Assembly: GCA_036229005.1 (NCBI GenBank)
Contig: JAZAMN010000022.1
Coordinates: 6,572 to 70,571, forward strand
From: Myxococcota bacterium
Lineage (GTDB): Bacteria; Myxococcota_A; UBA796; CAJQPC01
Reading direction: 5' to 3'
DNA: 64,000 bases
In this document: positions 33,929 through 43,529 of the stretch, one piece after another
Layout: every line of letters begins with the position of its first letter
Position numbering within the stretch: the first letter of the stretch is position 1
Translations under genes and position numbers: made by a program
Notes under the pieces: model-generated
Database searches by the model: none
The model's input: only the letters and a program-made list of their open reading frames with translations
Told to the model about the DNA's origin: nothing

Positions 33929-36328
33929 ATGGCAGACGACGCACTCCCCCCCGAGCTTGGCCGCTACGCCGTCCAGGACCTGCTGGGCTCCGGCGGAATG
34001 GGGCTGGTCTACCGCGTTCAGGACCCTCGCCTGGGGCGCGATGTGGCCGCCAAGGTCCTGCGCCCCGAGCACGCCGACAGCCCCGAGCGGGCGCGCTTTG
34101 TGGCCGAGGCGCAGATCACCGCGCAGCTCCGCCACCCCTCCATCGTCTCCGTCCACGAGCTCGGCGAGCTGGCCGACGGCCGCGCCTACTTCACCATGGA
34201 GGAGATCGAGGGCCGCACCATGGAGCAGACCCTGGAGCAGCTCCACCAGGCCAGCGACGCCGGCCACTGGGGCCGAAGCGAGGACGGCTGGACCTTCTCC
34301 CGGCTGATCGAGGCCTTCCGCCGCACCTGCGAGGCCGTGGCCTATGCCCACAGCCGCCGCGTGGTGCACCGGGACCTCAAACCCAGCAACGTGATGCTGG
34401 GCCGCTTCGGCGAGGTGCTGGTCATGGACTGGGGCCTGGCCAAGGTGCTGGACGAACAGGCCCCCGAGCCCCTGCGCACCGGGCGCAGCGATGAGAGCGC
34501 CCCCAGCACCGACACCCGGGCCGGCGCCCTGATGGGCACCCCCGCGTTCATGTCCCCCGAGCAGGCCCGCGGCGACTGGGCCCGGGTGGGCACCGCCAGC
34601 GACGTGTACGCCCTGGGCGCCATCCTCTACAACATCCTGCGCGGCCAGCCCCCCTACCTGGGCGACACCGGCAGCGTGATCGCCGCCCTGCTCCAGGGCG
34701 AGCTGGAGCCCCCCGACGCCCCCAGCGAGCACAGCCGCGGGCCCGTCCCCGCCGACCTGGCCGAGATCTGCCTGCGCGCGATGGCCCCCGACCCTCAGGC
34801 TCGCCACGCCGACGCCGCCGAGCTGGCCGCCGACGTCGCCGCCTGGCTGGACGGCTCCCGCCGCCGCGACACCGCCCGCACCCTGGTCCAGGAGGCCGCC
34901 CAGCACAACGAGGAGGCCGCCGAGCTCCACCAGCAGGCCGAGCGCCTGCGCACCGAGGCCTTCCGCCGCCTGGAGCACGTCGCCGAGCACGACCCCGTCG
35001 AGCTCAAGCTGGCCGGCTGGGCCCTGGAGGACCGCGCCCGCCGCCTGGAGCTGCAGGCCAACCTGGTCGCCCTGGAGGGCACCCGTACCCTGCAGACCGC
35101 GCTCTCCCTGGCGCCCGACCTGCCCGAAGCCCACGCCGGGCTGGCCAACTACTACCGCACCCGCCACGCCCGGGCCGAGGCCGAGCGCGACCCCGACGAG
35201 GCCGCGCTGTGGGAGGTCCTGCTCCGCGACCACGACCGCGGCGAGCACCGCGACTACCTGGAGGGCACCGGCGCCCTCACCCTGGTCACCGACCCGCCCA
35301 ACGCCCAGGCCGTGCTCTACCGCTTCGTCGAGCAGGACCGCCGCCTGGTCCCCGAGCGCGTCCGCTCCCTGGGCCGCACTCCCATCCACAAGCTCCCGCT
35401 GCAGGCCGGCGACTACCTGGTGTCCCTGCGGCGCCCCGGGTACGCCGAGCTGCGCTACCCCGTGTCCATCGGCCGCCTGGAGCACTGGGACGGCGTGCCC
35501 CCCGGCGCCACCCGCCCCGCCCCCATCACCCTGCTGCGCGAGGGCGTCCTGGACGACGACGAGCGCTACATCCCCGGAGGGTGGTTCCAGGCAGGCGGCG
35601 ACCCCGGCGCCCCCCACGCCCTCAGCGGCCAGCGCATCTGGGTCGACGACCGCGTCTTCAAGCGCTTCCCCGTGCGCAACCGGGAGTACCTCGCCTTCCT
35701 CAACGATCTCGTGGATCAGGGGCAGCCCGAGCTGGCCAAGCGGTATGGACCGCGCTTTGAGGGCTTTTTGCTCCTCAACCGCTCCCTGGACGGCCACTAC
35801 ACGCTGCGCACCGACATGACGCTCTTCTCCCAGCACCCCGACGCGCCCGTGGTCATGATCGACTGGCACGGGGCCAAGGCCTACGCCGACTGGGAGGCCG
35901 AGCGCACCGGCCTGCCCTGGGATCTGCCCGAGGAGATCGCCTGGGAGAAGGCCGCCCGCGGCGTCGACGGCCGCATCTACCCCTGGGGGAACTACCTGGA
36001 CCCCACCTGGTGCAACGTCCGCGACAGCCAGGTGGGCGCGCCGGGCCTGGCCCAGGTCTCCGAGCACCCCGTCGACGAGAGCGTCTACGGCCTGCGCGGC
36101 ATGGGCGGCAACACGATGGACTGGTGCCGGGACAGCTTCCGCGCCTCGGGCCCCCCCATCGCGGACGGGCGTTACACCCTGCTGGACAACCAGACCGGCC
36201 CCCGGGCCATCCGCGGCGGCCACTGGTACTCCGTGGACCAGCTCTCCCGCTGCGCCCACCGCTTCCGCCTGGAGCCCCAGATGCGCGCCTACATGATCGG
36301 ATTCCGCCTGGCGCGCACCCTGAACTGA
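33929..36328 (+). CDS. Ser/Thr protein kinase with a coiled-coil middle and a C-terminal FGE-sulfatase (SUMF1-like) domain
   Basis: Kinase motifs GSGGMGLVYR, VAAKVL, HRDLKPSNVM, DWGLA and GTPAFMSPEQ. C-terminal domain motifs RFPVRNREYLAFL, DWHGAKAYADW, LPEEIAWEKAARG, RGGHWY and GFRLAR. ATG 33929 is in frame with track ORF 33731..36328. Confidence 0.9.
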   Translation: MADDALPPELGRYAVQDLLGSGGMGLVYRVQDPRLGRDVAAKVLRPEHADSPERARFVAEAQITAQLRHPSIVSVHELGELADGRAYFTMEEIEGRTMEQTLEQLHQASDAGHWGRSEDGWTFSRLIEAFRRTCEAVAYAHSRRVVHRDLKPSNVMLGRFGEVLVMDWGLAKVLDEQAPEPLRTGRSDESAPSTDTRAGALMGTPAFMSPEQARGDWARVGTASDVYALGAILYNILRGQPPYLGDTGSVIAALLQGELEPPDAPSEHSRGPVPADLAEICLRAMAPDPQARHADAAELAADVAAWLDGSRRRDTARTLVQEAAQHNEEAAELHQQAERLRTEAFRRLEHVAEHDPVELKLAGWALEDRARRLELQANLVALEGTRTLQTALSLAPDLPEAHAGLANYYRTRHARAEAERDPDEAALWEVLLRDHDRGEHRDYLEGTGALTLVTDPPNAQAVLYRFVEQDRRLVPERVRSLGRTPIHKLPLQAGDYLVSLRRPGYAELRYPVSIGRLEHWDGVPPGATRPAPITLLREGVLDDDERYIPGGWFQAGGDPGAPHALSGQRIWVDDRVFKRFPVRNREYLAFLNDLVDQGQPELAKRYGPRFEGFLLLNRSLDGHYTLRTDMTLFSQHPDAPVVMIDWHGAKAYADWEAERTGLPWDLPEEIAWEKAARGVDGRIYPWGNYLDPTWCNVRDSQVGAPGLAQVSEHPVDESVYGLRGMGGNTMDWCRDSFRASGPPIADGRYTLLDNQTGPRAIRGGHWYSVDQLSRCAHRFRLEPQMRAYMIGFRLARTLN

Positions 36329-36367
36329 GCAAGCCCGGCGTTCAACGCCGAGACTCCGCGAGCCCAA

Positions 36368-37147
36368 TCAGATCGCGGAGACCCCCGCCCCCAGCACCGG
36401 GTTCAGGTTGACGAACCACCCCGGCTCACAGCGGATCTGCCGGGCGTCCACCTGGAAGTTCTCCGGGTCGGGGTGGGTCCCCTGCACCGTGTACTCGCCG
36501 GGCGCGACGTTCATCCACAGCACCCCGCCGTCCCGGCTCGAGGCCGTCAGCGTGGGGTCGGGCGCGACCTGCTCGTTGAAGTAGATGGGGAAGCTGCCGT
36601 GGGTGTCCGGAACCAACTCCATCACCACGCCGGGCTCTCCGTGGGGGCGCAGCGCGTAGAACTGCTCCCAGGTCTCCATCGCCGCGATCTCGGGCACAGT
36701 GATGGTGTTCACGACCACGCAGCCCTCGGGGTCCCGCGAGAGCCCTGCGTCCGCGAGCCGCGACTCCATCAGGCCAAAGACCTCTACCGGGACCGCCTGC
36801 AGGTACATGCGCGGCTCGTCCTGCTCAAGGGTGAAGGTCGCGTGCCGCGCCGTGATGTAGCCGTCCAGCGCGATCACCGGCGTGAAGGGCACCCCCGCGG
36901 GCACCTGCGCGCTCCAGCTCCCGTCCGCCGCCGACTGGGTCTGCACCCCCACCCCCTCCAGGGTCACCGTCGCACCCTCCATCAGGCGGCGGTCGATGAA
37001 CCTGAAGACCAGCCCATCCACCCGCACCATCTCCACCGGCTGGGTGTCCGGGACACTGTCAGCACCGGTCTCCACCAGCGAGGTCACCCTGTCCGTGTCC
37101 GGCGCGTGCGCCCGCCAGCACGCCAACAGCGAGAGCAGCAGCGTCAC
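36368..37147 (-). CDS. lipoprotein with a carboxypeptidase-regulatory-like beta-sandwich region
   Basis: MTLLLSLLACW lipobox. GATVTLEGVGVQTQSAADGSWSAQVPAG resembles CarboxypepD_reg. The GTG overlaps the EBP stop (GTGA 37144-37147). Confidence 0.65.
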   Translation of the reverse strand: MTLLLSLLACWRAHAPDTDRVTSLVETGADSVPDTQPVEMVRVDGLVFRFIDRRLMEGATVTLEGVGVQTQSAADGSWSAQVPAGVPFTPVIALDGYITARHATFTLEQDEPRMYLQAVPVEVFGLMESRLADAGLSRDPEGCVVVNTITVPEIAAMETWEQFYALRPHGEPGVVMELVPDTHGSFPIYFNEQVAPDPTLTASSRDGGVLWMNVAPGEYTVQGTHPDPENFQVDARQIRCEPGWFVNLNPVLGAGVSAI

Positions 37148-38805
37148 GACAGCAGCTCCGCGGGCAGCGCCACGCCCAGCGCCTGGGCCATCTGCTCGGC
37201 CTCCTGCAGCGCCGCCTTGTAGTCGCGGGTGTGGTTGCGCCCCTGCACCGTCTTCTCCCGGCCAAAGTACAGATAGGCCTCCTTCACCCCGCCCTGGCGG
37301 CGCGCCGCCTCGGCCAGCACAAAGGCCCGCAGCGCCCGGGCGTGCTCCAGCTCCCGCTCGCCGCGCTCCATGGCGTCCAGCATGCGCTCCGCCGTGCGCT
37401 GGAGCAAGGGGATCAGCCTGTCCTCGCCGATGGACGGGGTCGCTGCCGGGCGCTCCAGGCCCAGCGCCCTCTGGACGGCGGACCCATCAATGACCAGCTC
37501 CGCAGATCCGCTCCTCCCCAAGAGCGCGACCGCGTAGGCCCGCCGCAGGACGTTGTCGAGTTGCCGCAGGTTCCCCGGCCACCGCGCCCCCTGGAGCACC
37601 GTGATGGCCTCCTGGGAGAGGGAGACGCTGCCCTGGGCTCCGGCCTCCTGGTGGCGACGCTGCACCATGAAGCCGCCCCAGGCGCCGATCTCGTCGCGGC
37701 GCTCGTCCAGGGAGGGCAGGTGCACCGGCAGCACCTGGATCCGGTAGTAGAGGTCCTCGCGGAAGCGCCCCTCGGCCACCGCCTGCGCCAGGTCCTGGTT
37801 GGTCCCGACCAGAAAGCGCAGATCCGCCTGTCGGTCGCCCCCGCTGTCCCCCAGTCGCCGCCAGGAGCGGGTCTCCAGGAGCTGCAGCAGGCCGGCCTGG
37901 GCGCTCAGGGAGAGCTTGTCGATCTCGTCCAGGAACAGGGTGCCGCCCTCGGCCCGCTCCACCGCGCCCTTGCGGTCCTGGTGGGCCCCCGTGAAGGCCC
38001 CGCGGCGCCAGCCAAAGAGCTCGGCGAGCTGCATGTCCTCCGGCACCGACAGCAGGTCCAGGTGTTCGAAGGGTTGCCCCGCGCGGGGGGAGTGCGCGTG
38101 GCACCAACGCGCCAGGCGGGACTTGCCCGTGCCCGTGGCGCCGGAGATCAGGATGGTCTCGTTGACCCGCGCGAAGGTCTCCAGCAGGTCCATGATCGGC
38201 GCCAGCGCCCTCCCGACCACCGGCAGCAGATCGTCGTCGCGGGGGGCCTCGGTGCGCTCCGGGGGCAGGCCGACCAGGAAGGGCGTGCAGAGGTCCGCGA
38301 TCAGCGAGAGCGCGGGGATCTGGTCCTCCCAGAACCCTGCTTCACCCGTCGCTTCGAGACACTGGGCCTCCACCGTGATCATGCCGTGCAGGCTGCCCTG
38401 GGGTCCGCGCAGCGGGAGCGCCAGTACGTGGGAGGCGTCGCGCGCGATGTGCCGGTGGATGGTCTCCTTGGAGGCCTGGGCGTTTAGCCCCTCGATCCGC
38501 CCCAGGCGCACGTCCAGGCTGACCGGCTCCCCCACCCGCTGGAGCTGGGCCCACGCGCTCAGGCTCGGCGCCATCTCTCCCTGGGCCTGGTGGGGAGGGA
38601 GGGCCAGGTGGCGCAATCCAGCGTAGCCCCCACCGCCTGGCCTCAAATGCACGGCCCCACGCACCAGCTCCGCTCTGGGGTCCAGCGAGGACAGGCTGGC
38701 CTCGAGCACGGCCCGCAGGCAGAGGTCGGCGGCGGCCTCGAAGCTGGGGGCGGCACGGAGCGCGGTGAGCAGCGCGGCGGGGGACGTTGGCGGGGCTATG
38801 GACAC
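37144..38805 (-). CDS. sigma-54-dependent transcriptional activator (GAF-like N-terminus + AAA+ domain)
   Basis: Walker A SGATGTGKS, GAFTGA loop (RRGAFTGA), Walker B GTLFLDEI, plus RFREDLYYR and WPGNLRQL. The GTG start is uncertain because the SD GGGAGG abuts it. Confidence 0.88.
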   Translation of the reverse strand: MSIAPPTSPAALLTALRAAPSFEAAADLCLRAVLEASLSSLDPRAELVRGAVHLRPGGGGYAGLRHLALPPHQAQGEMAPSLSAWAQLQRVGEPVSLDVRLGRIEGLNAQASKETIHRHIARDASHVLALPLRGPQGSLHGMITVEAQCLEATGEAGFWEDQIPALSLIADLCTPFLVGLPPERTEAPRDDDLLPVVGRALAPIMDLLETFARVNETILISGATGTGKSRLARWCHAHSPRAGQPFEHLDLLSVPEDMQLAELFGWRRGAFTGAHQDRKGAVERAEGGTLFLDEIDKLSLSAQAGLLQLLETRSWRRLGDSGGDRQADLRFLVGTNQDLAQAVAEGRFREDLYYRIQVLPVHLPSLDERRDEIGAWGGFMVQRRHQEAGAQGSVSLSQEAITVLQGARWPGNLRQLDNVLRRAYAVALLGRSGSAELVIDGSAVQRALGLERPAATPSIGEDRLIPLLQRTAERMLDAMERGERELEHARALRAFVLAEAARRQGGVKEAYLYFGREKTVQGRNHTRDYKAALQEAEQMAQALGVALPAELLS

Positions 38806-38991
38806 CTCCCTAGGCTACCGCGATTCAGCCCCCAAGGGTGGATCCGGCGCTTTCCCCGGCGCTCTCCCAAAAAGCGGGTGGCAGAGAGCAGCTTGTAAGC
38901 GATAGGACCGCGGAGACGTTGTGGTGGCGCGCCGGAGCAACATCCTCCCGCGCCGAGACAGAACAACCGTCCGACCCATCTGGAGTTCCCC

Positions 38992-39342
38992 ATGAAGATC
39001 CGTCACGTCCTCTTCGCTACCGTCCTCGGCGGCCTGGCCCTCGCTTGCTCCGGCGGCGAGTCCACCCCTGAGCCCCCCTCCGAGAAGGCCGACGCCAAGG
39101 CTCTCTGCGCCGCCTTCCTCTCCGAGGATGCTGGCGACGACGACGCCTCCATCGACGCTTCCGTGGCCGGCGCCACCGTGACCACCGAGTGGGGCAAGAA
39201 GATGCAGACCGACCTGCAGGCCGGCGACGGCCCCTCCACCGAGGTCCAGAAGGCCTTCGTGGACAAGATCAAGGAGACCAAGGCCTCCGAGGAGTCCCTG
39301 GACTGCTCCCTGATCGAGAGCTTCTGGGGCCTGGAGCTCTGA
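38992..39342 (+). CDS. small lipoprotein of unknown function
   Basis: MKIRHVLFATVLGGLALACSGG lipobox. 116 aa with normal composition. Confidence 0.65.
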   Translation: MKIRHVLFATVLGGLALACSGGESTPEPPSEKADAKALCAAFLSEDAGDDDASIDASVAGATVTTEWGKKMQTDLQAGDGPSTEVQKAFVDKIKETKASEESLDCSLIESFWGLEL

Positions 39343-39385
39343 TCGCTCCCCCCGCCTGAGGGCCTCCCCGGGGGCCCGCACCCAG

Positions 39386-39410
39386 CAGGGACCTTCGGGT
39401 CCCTGTTGTC
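39386..39410 (+). terminator. stem-loop terminator candidate
   Basis: CAGGGACC-TTCG-GGTCCCTG followed by TTGTC, 44 nt after the lipoprotein stop. Confidence 0.45.
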
Positions 39411-39458
39411 GCTCTGGGGACGCGCCAGTTTGACCTCGCTGGCGGGCGCGGCTCTGCT

Positions 39459-42400
39459 ATGGTCCGCGCGAAAGGGAGCGTTGTGGTGGGAATCTCAGGT
39501 CTGCTGCCTGTCGTCTTGGGCTGCAGCCCCTCCCCAGAGACCCAAAGGGACTCCCGCGCGACCGTCCGGCAGAAGGATCTGGCGGACACCCAGGTCACCC
39601 TGCAGCCCACCGCGAGCGCCGCAAGCGACCGCTTCGGACGGGCCCTGGCCAGCGGGGACTTCAACGACGACAGCTACCCGGATCTGGTGGTCTCGGCGCC
39701 GGGACTGGGCAGCGGCGGGCTGCTCTACCTCTACGAGGGCACGGTCTCGGGCCTGGACCTGGTCACCGAGCACACCTTCTCCACCACGGGCTCGATCGGC
39801 CTGGGCTACGGCCTCTCCGCTGGCGGCGACGTGAACGGTGACGGCGTCGAGGATCTGGCGGCCACCGAGACAGGCGACAGCACACAGGAGCAGGTCTACC
39901 TCTTCCTGGGCTCCACCACCGCGGGGCTGGTCGCGGATCAGGCGATCCAACCTTCGGACTGGGTGTACGGGGACAGCTTCAAGGTGCCCGCCCTGGGCGC
40001 GGACCTGGACGGAGACGGCTACGGAGACCTGGCGGTGGGCGCCCTCACGGCGGACGCGACCTACACCGACCAGGGCGCGGTCTACGTGTACTACGGCAGC
40101 GCGACAGGGGTCGTCGCCGCCAGCGAGCTCAAGCTGACCGACCAGGCCAATCCCTGGACCAGCGCCTACTACGGGACCGCCGTGGCGATGGGCCCCGACT
40201 CGGACGGGGACGGCTACGACGAGCTCTACGTGGGCCGACCCTGGCTCGGCACCTCGGCGGTCTACATCTACAACGGCAGCACCACCGGGGTCAGCGCCAG
40301 CAGCTACGCGTCCCTGACCGGCAACGGGACCGCCGTCTCCCACGGCGGCTCCATCTCCTTCGCGGACATCGACGGGGACGGGCTCACCGACCTGCTGGTC
40401 GGGGATCAGAACGCCGGGAGCTACGGGTCCGTGGGCGGCGGCGGGCAGATCTACACCTACTTTGGCAGCGCCACGGGGTACTCGGACACCAACCACCAGA
40501 CCGCGGGCTCCTGCTACTACCGCTGCGACTACGCCGAGCACATCGCGGGGCTGGGAGACGTCGACGGGGACGGCTACGGCGACGCCCTCGCGTCCTACCT
40601 GTCCACCTCGATCGGCTCGTCGGGCTCCACGGCACCCAGCTTCTACCTGCACTACGGGACCGCCACCGGCCTGGCGCAGTCGGGCACCCTGCTGGACACC
40701 TCGGGCGGCAGCTTCGGCAACGCCTGGGCCAGCGAGGACTTTGACGGGGACGGCCTGATGGACCCGGCCCTGGGCTGGTTCGGGCAGGCCTCGTGGAGCG
40801 CCACGGATCCGGGCTGGGTGAACCTCTACACCGGCAGCAACCGCACCTGGTACCCGGACCTGGACGGCGACGGCTACGGCGACGAGAGCGCGGGCGTGGA
40901 GAGCGCGACGCCGCCCTCCGGCTACATCGAGGACGGCACGGACTGCGATGACAGCGACGCCACGACCTACCCCGGCGCCACCGAGGTCGTCGCCGACGGG
41001 GTGGACAACAACTGCGACGGCTACGAGAAGTGCAAGGAGGACCGCGACCAGGACGGCTACGCCGAGTACCGGGGGGAGGTCACCTCCTCCGACCTGGACT
41101 GCACGGACCCCGGAGAGGGCGACAGCAGCATGCCCCGCACCGACTGCGACGACGGGGACGCCAGCATCAACCCGGGGGCGACCGATCATCCCGCGGACGG
41201 CATCGATCAGGACTGCGATGGCCAGGAGCTCTGCTACGAGGACCTGGACGGCGACGGCTTCGGGACCGACGCCGGTACCACCCTGAGCTCCGCCGATCTG
41301 GACTGCGAAGACAGCGGCGAGTCCGGCACCGACGACGACTGCGACGACAGCGACGCCAGCATCCACCCGGACGCGACCGAGGGCTTCGCCGACGGCGTGG
41401 ACCAGGACTGCGACGGGATCGAGTTCTGCTACACCGACGCCGACGGGGACGGCCACAGCGCCCTGCTGGAGAGCAGCGACGACGACTGCGACGACGCGGG
41501 GGAGTCCTACACGGCCAGCGGCAGCTTGGACTGCGACGACAGCGACGCCAGCGTGTACCCGGGCGCGGCCGAGACCGTTGGCGACGGGATCGACCAGGAC
41601 TGCGACGACGCGGACGCCTGCTATGTCGACCTGGACGGCGACGGCTACGGGGACGGGCTGGTGGACAGCAACTCCGCGGCCTGCTCGGACAGCGGCGAGG
41701 CGCTGGTGGACGGCGACTGTGATGACGCCGACGCCAGCGTGAACCCCGGCGCGACCGAGGCCGCCGCGGACGGGGTCGACCAGGACTGCGATGGCTTCGA
41801 GCTGTGCTACCTGGACAGCGACGGGGACGGCTACGCAGCGGGGGACACCGTGGCGGACAGCGATCTGGCCTGCGGGAGCGCCGGCAGCGCCACCGTCGCG
41901 GACCAGGACTGCGACGACAGCGACGCCGCCGTGAACCCGGCCGCCGCGGAGATCGCCGGCGATGGGGTCGACCAGGACTGCGACGGCACCGAGGACTGCT
42001 ACGACGACGCCGACGGGGACGGGGTCGCCGGCAGCACCCTGATCCAGGCCGAGGATCTGAGCTGCGGGGCCTACAGCACCACCGCCGGGGCCGACTGCGA
42101 CGACAGCGACAGCGACGCCTTCCCCGGGGCCACCGAGGCGGTCGCCGACGGCGTGGACCAGGACTGCGACGGCGGCGACACCTGCTACGCGGACGGCGAC
42201 GGCGACGGCTTCGTGGACGGCACGGTGACCAGCGCGGATCTGGACTGCACCGACAGCGGAGAGGCCGCCAGCAGCTCCACCACCGACTGCGACGACGCCG
42301 ACGCCTCGGTGTACCCCGGCGCCCCCGAGGCGGTGGGAGACGGCGTGGACTCCGACTGCGACAGCGCCGAGCTCTGCTACGTGGACGCGGACGGCGACGG

Positions 42401-43529
42401 CTACCGCGTGAGCGACACGGTCTCGGACGCCGCGCTGGACTGCAGCAGCGCCGGGAGCGCGGACGCCGCGGCCCCTGACGGGGACTGCGATGACCTCGCC
42501 GCCGCCATCCACCCTGGCGCTACGGAGGTCCTCGCCGATGGGACGGACTCCGACTGCGATGGGCTGGAGCTCTGCTGGGTGGACGATGATGGGGACGGAT
42601 TCCAGGCGGGCGATCAGACCCTCTCGGCCTCCCTGGACTGCAGCGACGCAGGGATCGCCGGGAGCGCCGCGGGCGCCGGAGACTGCGACGACACGGACCC
42701 CGCCATCCACCCGGGCGCCACCGAGGGCATCGGGGACGGCGTGGACTCGGACTGCGACGGCGGCGAGCTCTGCTACGTGGACGCCGACAGCGACGGCTAC
42801 CACGACGGGATCACCGCGGCGGGCCCCTTGGGCTGCGGCGATGCGGGCCTGCTCAGCGGCAGCGCGCCAGGGGACGACTGCGACGACAGCGACCCCGCCT
42901 TCCACCCCGGCGCCGACGAGTCGGACTGCACCGATCCCAACGACTACAACTGCGATGGCTCGGTCCAGTACGCCGACGACGACAGCGACGGCTGGCCCGC
43001 CTGCACCGAGTGCGACGACCAGGATCCCGACGTCCACCCCGACGCCGACGAGCTCTGCGACGGGATCGACAACGACTGCGATGGCACCGTCGACAACGAC
43101 GACGCCCTGGACGCCGGGGTCTGGTACGAGGACGGGGACGGGGATGGCTTCGGGCTGGACGGGTACACCACCCAGGCCTGCTTGGTGCCCTCCGGCTACT
43201 CCGAGCTGCCTGGCGACTGCGAGGACACCGACTCCACGATCCACCCTGACGCCCTCGAGATCTGCGGCGACGGCGTGGACAACGACTGCGACGGTGCGGG
43301 GGGCCCCGACGACGACGAGGACGGCGACACCCTGAGCTGGACCCAGGAGCAGGACCTGGGCACCGACCCCTGCGACCCCGACACGGACGACGACGGACGC
43401 AGCGACGCCGACGACAGGCGGCCGGTGGGCTGTGAAGGCTGCGCCAGCTCGGGATCCGGCGCGCCAGGGGGCTGGATGGCCGGCGTGGTGCTGCTCGGCG
43501 TGCTGCTCAGACGCCGCCGCCGGGCCTGA
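39459..43529 (+). CDS. giant surface protein: lipoprotein signal, FG-GAP/VCBS-type repeats, ~18-20 Cys-rich MopE-type putative metal-binding repeats, TSP3-like Asp motifs and a MYXO-CTERM-like tail
   Basis: Signal GLLPVVLGCSP. FG-GAP-like repeats (GDFNDDSYPDLVVSAPG, GDVNGDGVEDLA, DLDGDGYGDLAVGA...). Repeated DCDD.D..[IV][HNY]PGA.E...DG[VI]D.DCDG.E.CY.D.DGDG units span aa ~470-1290. The C-terminus is GCEGCASSGSGAPGGWMAGVVLLGVLLRRRRRA. Confidence 0.9.
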   Translation: MVRAKGSVVVGISGLLPVVLGCSPSPETQRDSRATVRQKDLADTQVTLQPTASAASDRFGRALASGDFNDDSYPDLVVSAPGLGSGGLLYLYEGTVSGLDLVTEHTFSTTGSIGLGYGLSAGGDVNGDGVEDLAATETGDSTQEQVYLFLGSTTAGLVADQAIQPSDWVYGDSFKVPALGADLDGDGYGDLAVGALTADATYTDQGAVYVYYGSATGVVAASELKLTDQANPWTSAYYGTAVAMGPDSDGDGYDELYVGRPWLGTSAVYIYNGSTTGVSASSYASLTGNGTAVSHGGSISFADIDGDGLTDLLVGDQNAGSYGSVGGGGQIYTYFGSATGYSDTNHQTAGSCYYRCDYAEHIAGLGDVDGDGYGDALASYLSTSIGSSGSTAPSFYLHYGTATGLAQSGTLLDTSGGSFGNAWASEDFDGDGLMDPALGWFGQASWSATDPGWVNLYTGSNRTWYPDLDGDGYGDESAGVESATPPSGYIEDGTDCDDSDATTYPGATEVVADGVDNNCDGYEKCKEDRDQDGYAEYRGEVTSSDLDCTDPGEGDSSMPRTDCDDGDASINPGATDHPADGIDQDCDGQELCYEDLDGDGFGTDAGTTLSSADLDCEDSGESGTDDDCDDSDASIHPDATEGFADGVDQDCDGIEFCYTDADGDGHSALLESSDDDCDDAGESYTASGSLDCDDSDASVYPGAAETVGDGIDQDCDDADACYVDLDGDGYGDGLVDSNSAACSDSGEALVDGDCDDADASVNPGATEAAADGVDQDCDGFELCYLDSDGDGYAAGDTVADSDLACGSAGSATVADQDCDDSDAAVNPAAAEIAGDGVDQDCDGTEDCYDDADGDGVAGSTLIQAEDLSCGAYSTTAGADCDDSDSDAFPGATEAVADGVDQDCDGGDTCYADGDGDGFVDGTVTSADLDCTDSGEAASSSTTDCDDADASVYPGAPEAVGDGVDSDCDSAELCYVDADGDGYRVSDTVSDAALDCSSAGSADAAAPDGDCDDLAAAIHPGATEVLADGTDSDCDGLELCWVDDDGDGFQAGDQTLSASLDCSDAGIAGSAAGAGDCDDTDPAIHPGATEGIGDGVDSDCDGGELCYVDADSDGYHDGITAAGPLGCGDAGLLSGSAPGDDCDDSDPAFHPGADESDCTDPNDYNCDGSVQYADDDSDGWPACTECDDQDPDVHPDADELCDGIDNDCDGTVDNDDALDAGVWYEDGDGDGFGLDGYTTQACLVPSGYSELPGDCEDTDSTIHPDALEICGDGVDNDCDGAGGPDDDEDGDTLSWTQEQDLGTDPCDPDTDDDGRSDADDRRPVGCEGCASSGSGAPGGWMAGVVLLGVLLRRRRRA
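40850..43330 (+). repeat. intragenic array of ~140-150-bp coding repeats (MopE-type Cys repeats)
   Basis: gactgcgacgac...gaccaggactgcgacgg recurs at DNA level throughout this span. Confidence 0.85.

Noticed and set aside
33529-33944. ORFs running through the 31-bp array on both strands (e.g. 33700..34494 +, 33529..33930 -, 33543..33944 -)
   Set aside because: Their peptide periodicity comes only from the DNA repeat. The period is 31 bp, not a multiple of 3, so the reading frame rotates between copies and the composition is Arg/Gly/Pro junk.
38879-38895. Possible sigma-54 promoter TGGCAGAGAGCAGCTTG between the EBP gene and the lipoprotein gene
   Set aside because: The GG-to-GC spacing is off by one, and the -12 element reads AGCT/GCTT rather than TTGC. 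That is not good enough to call without a scoring matrix.
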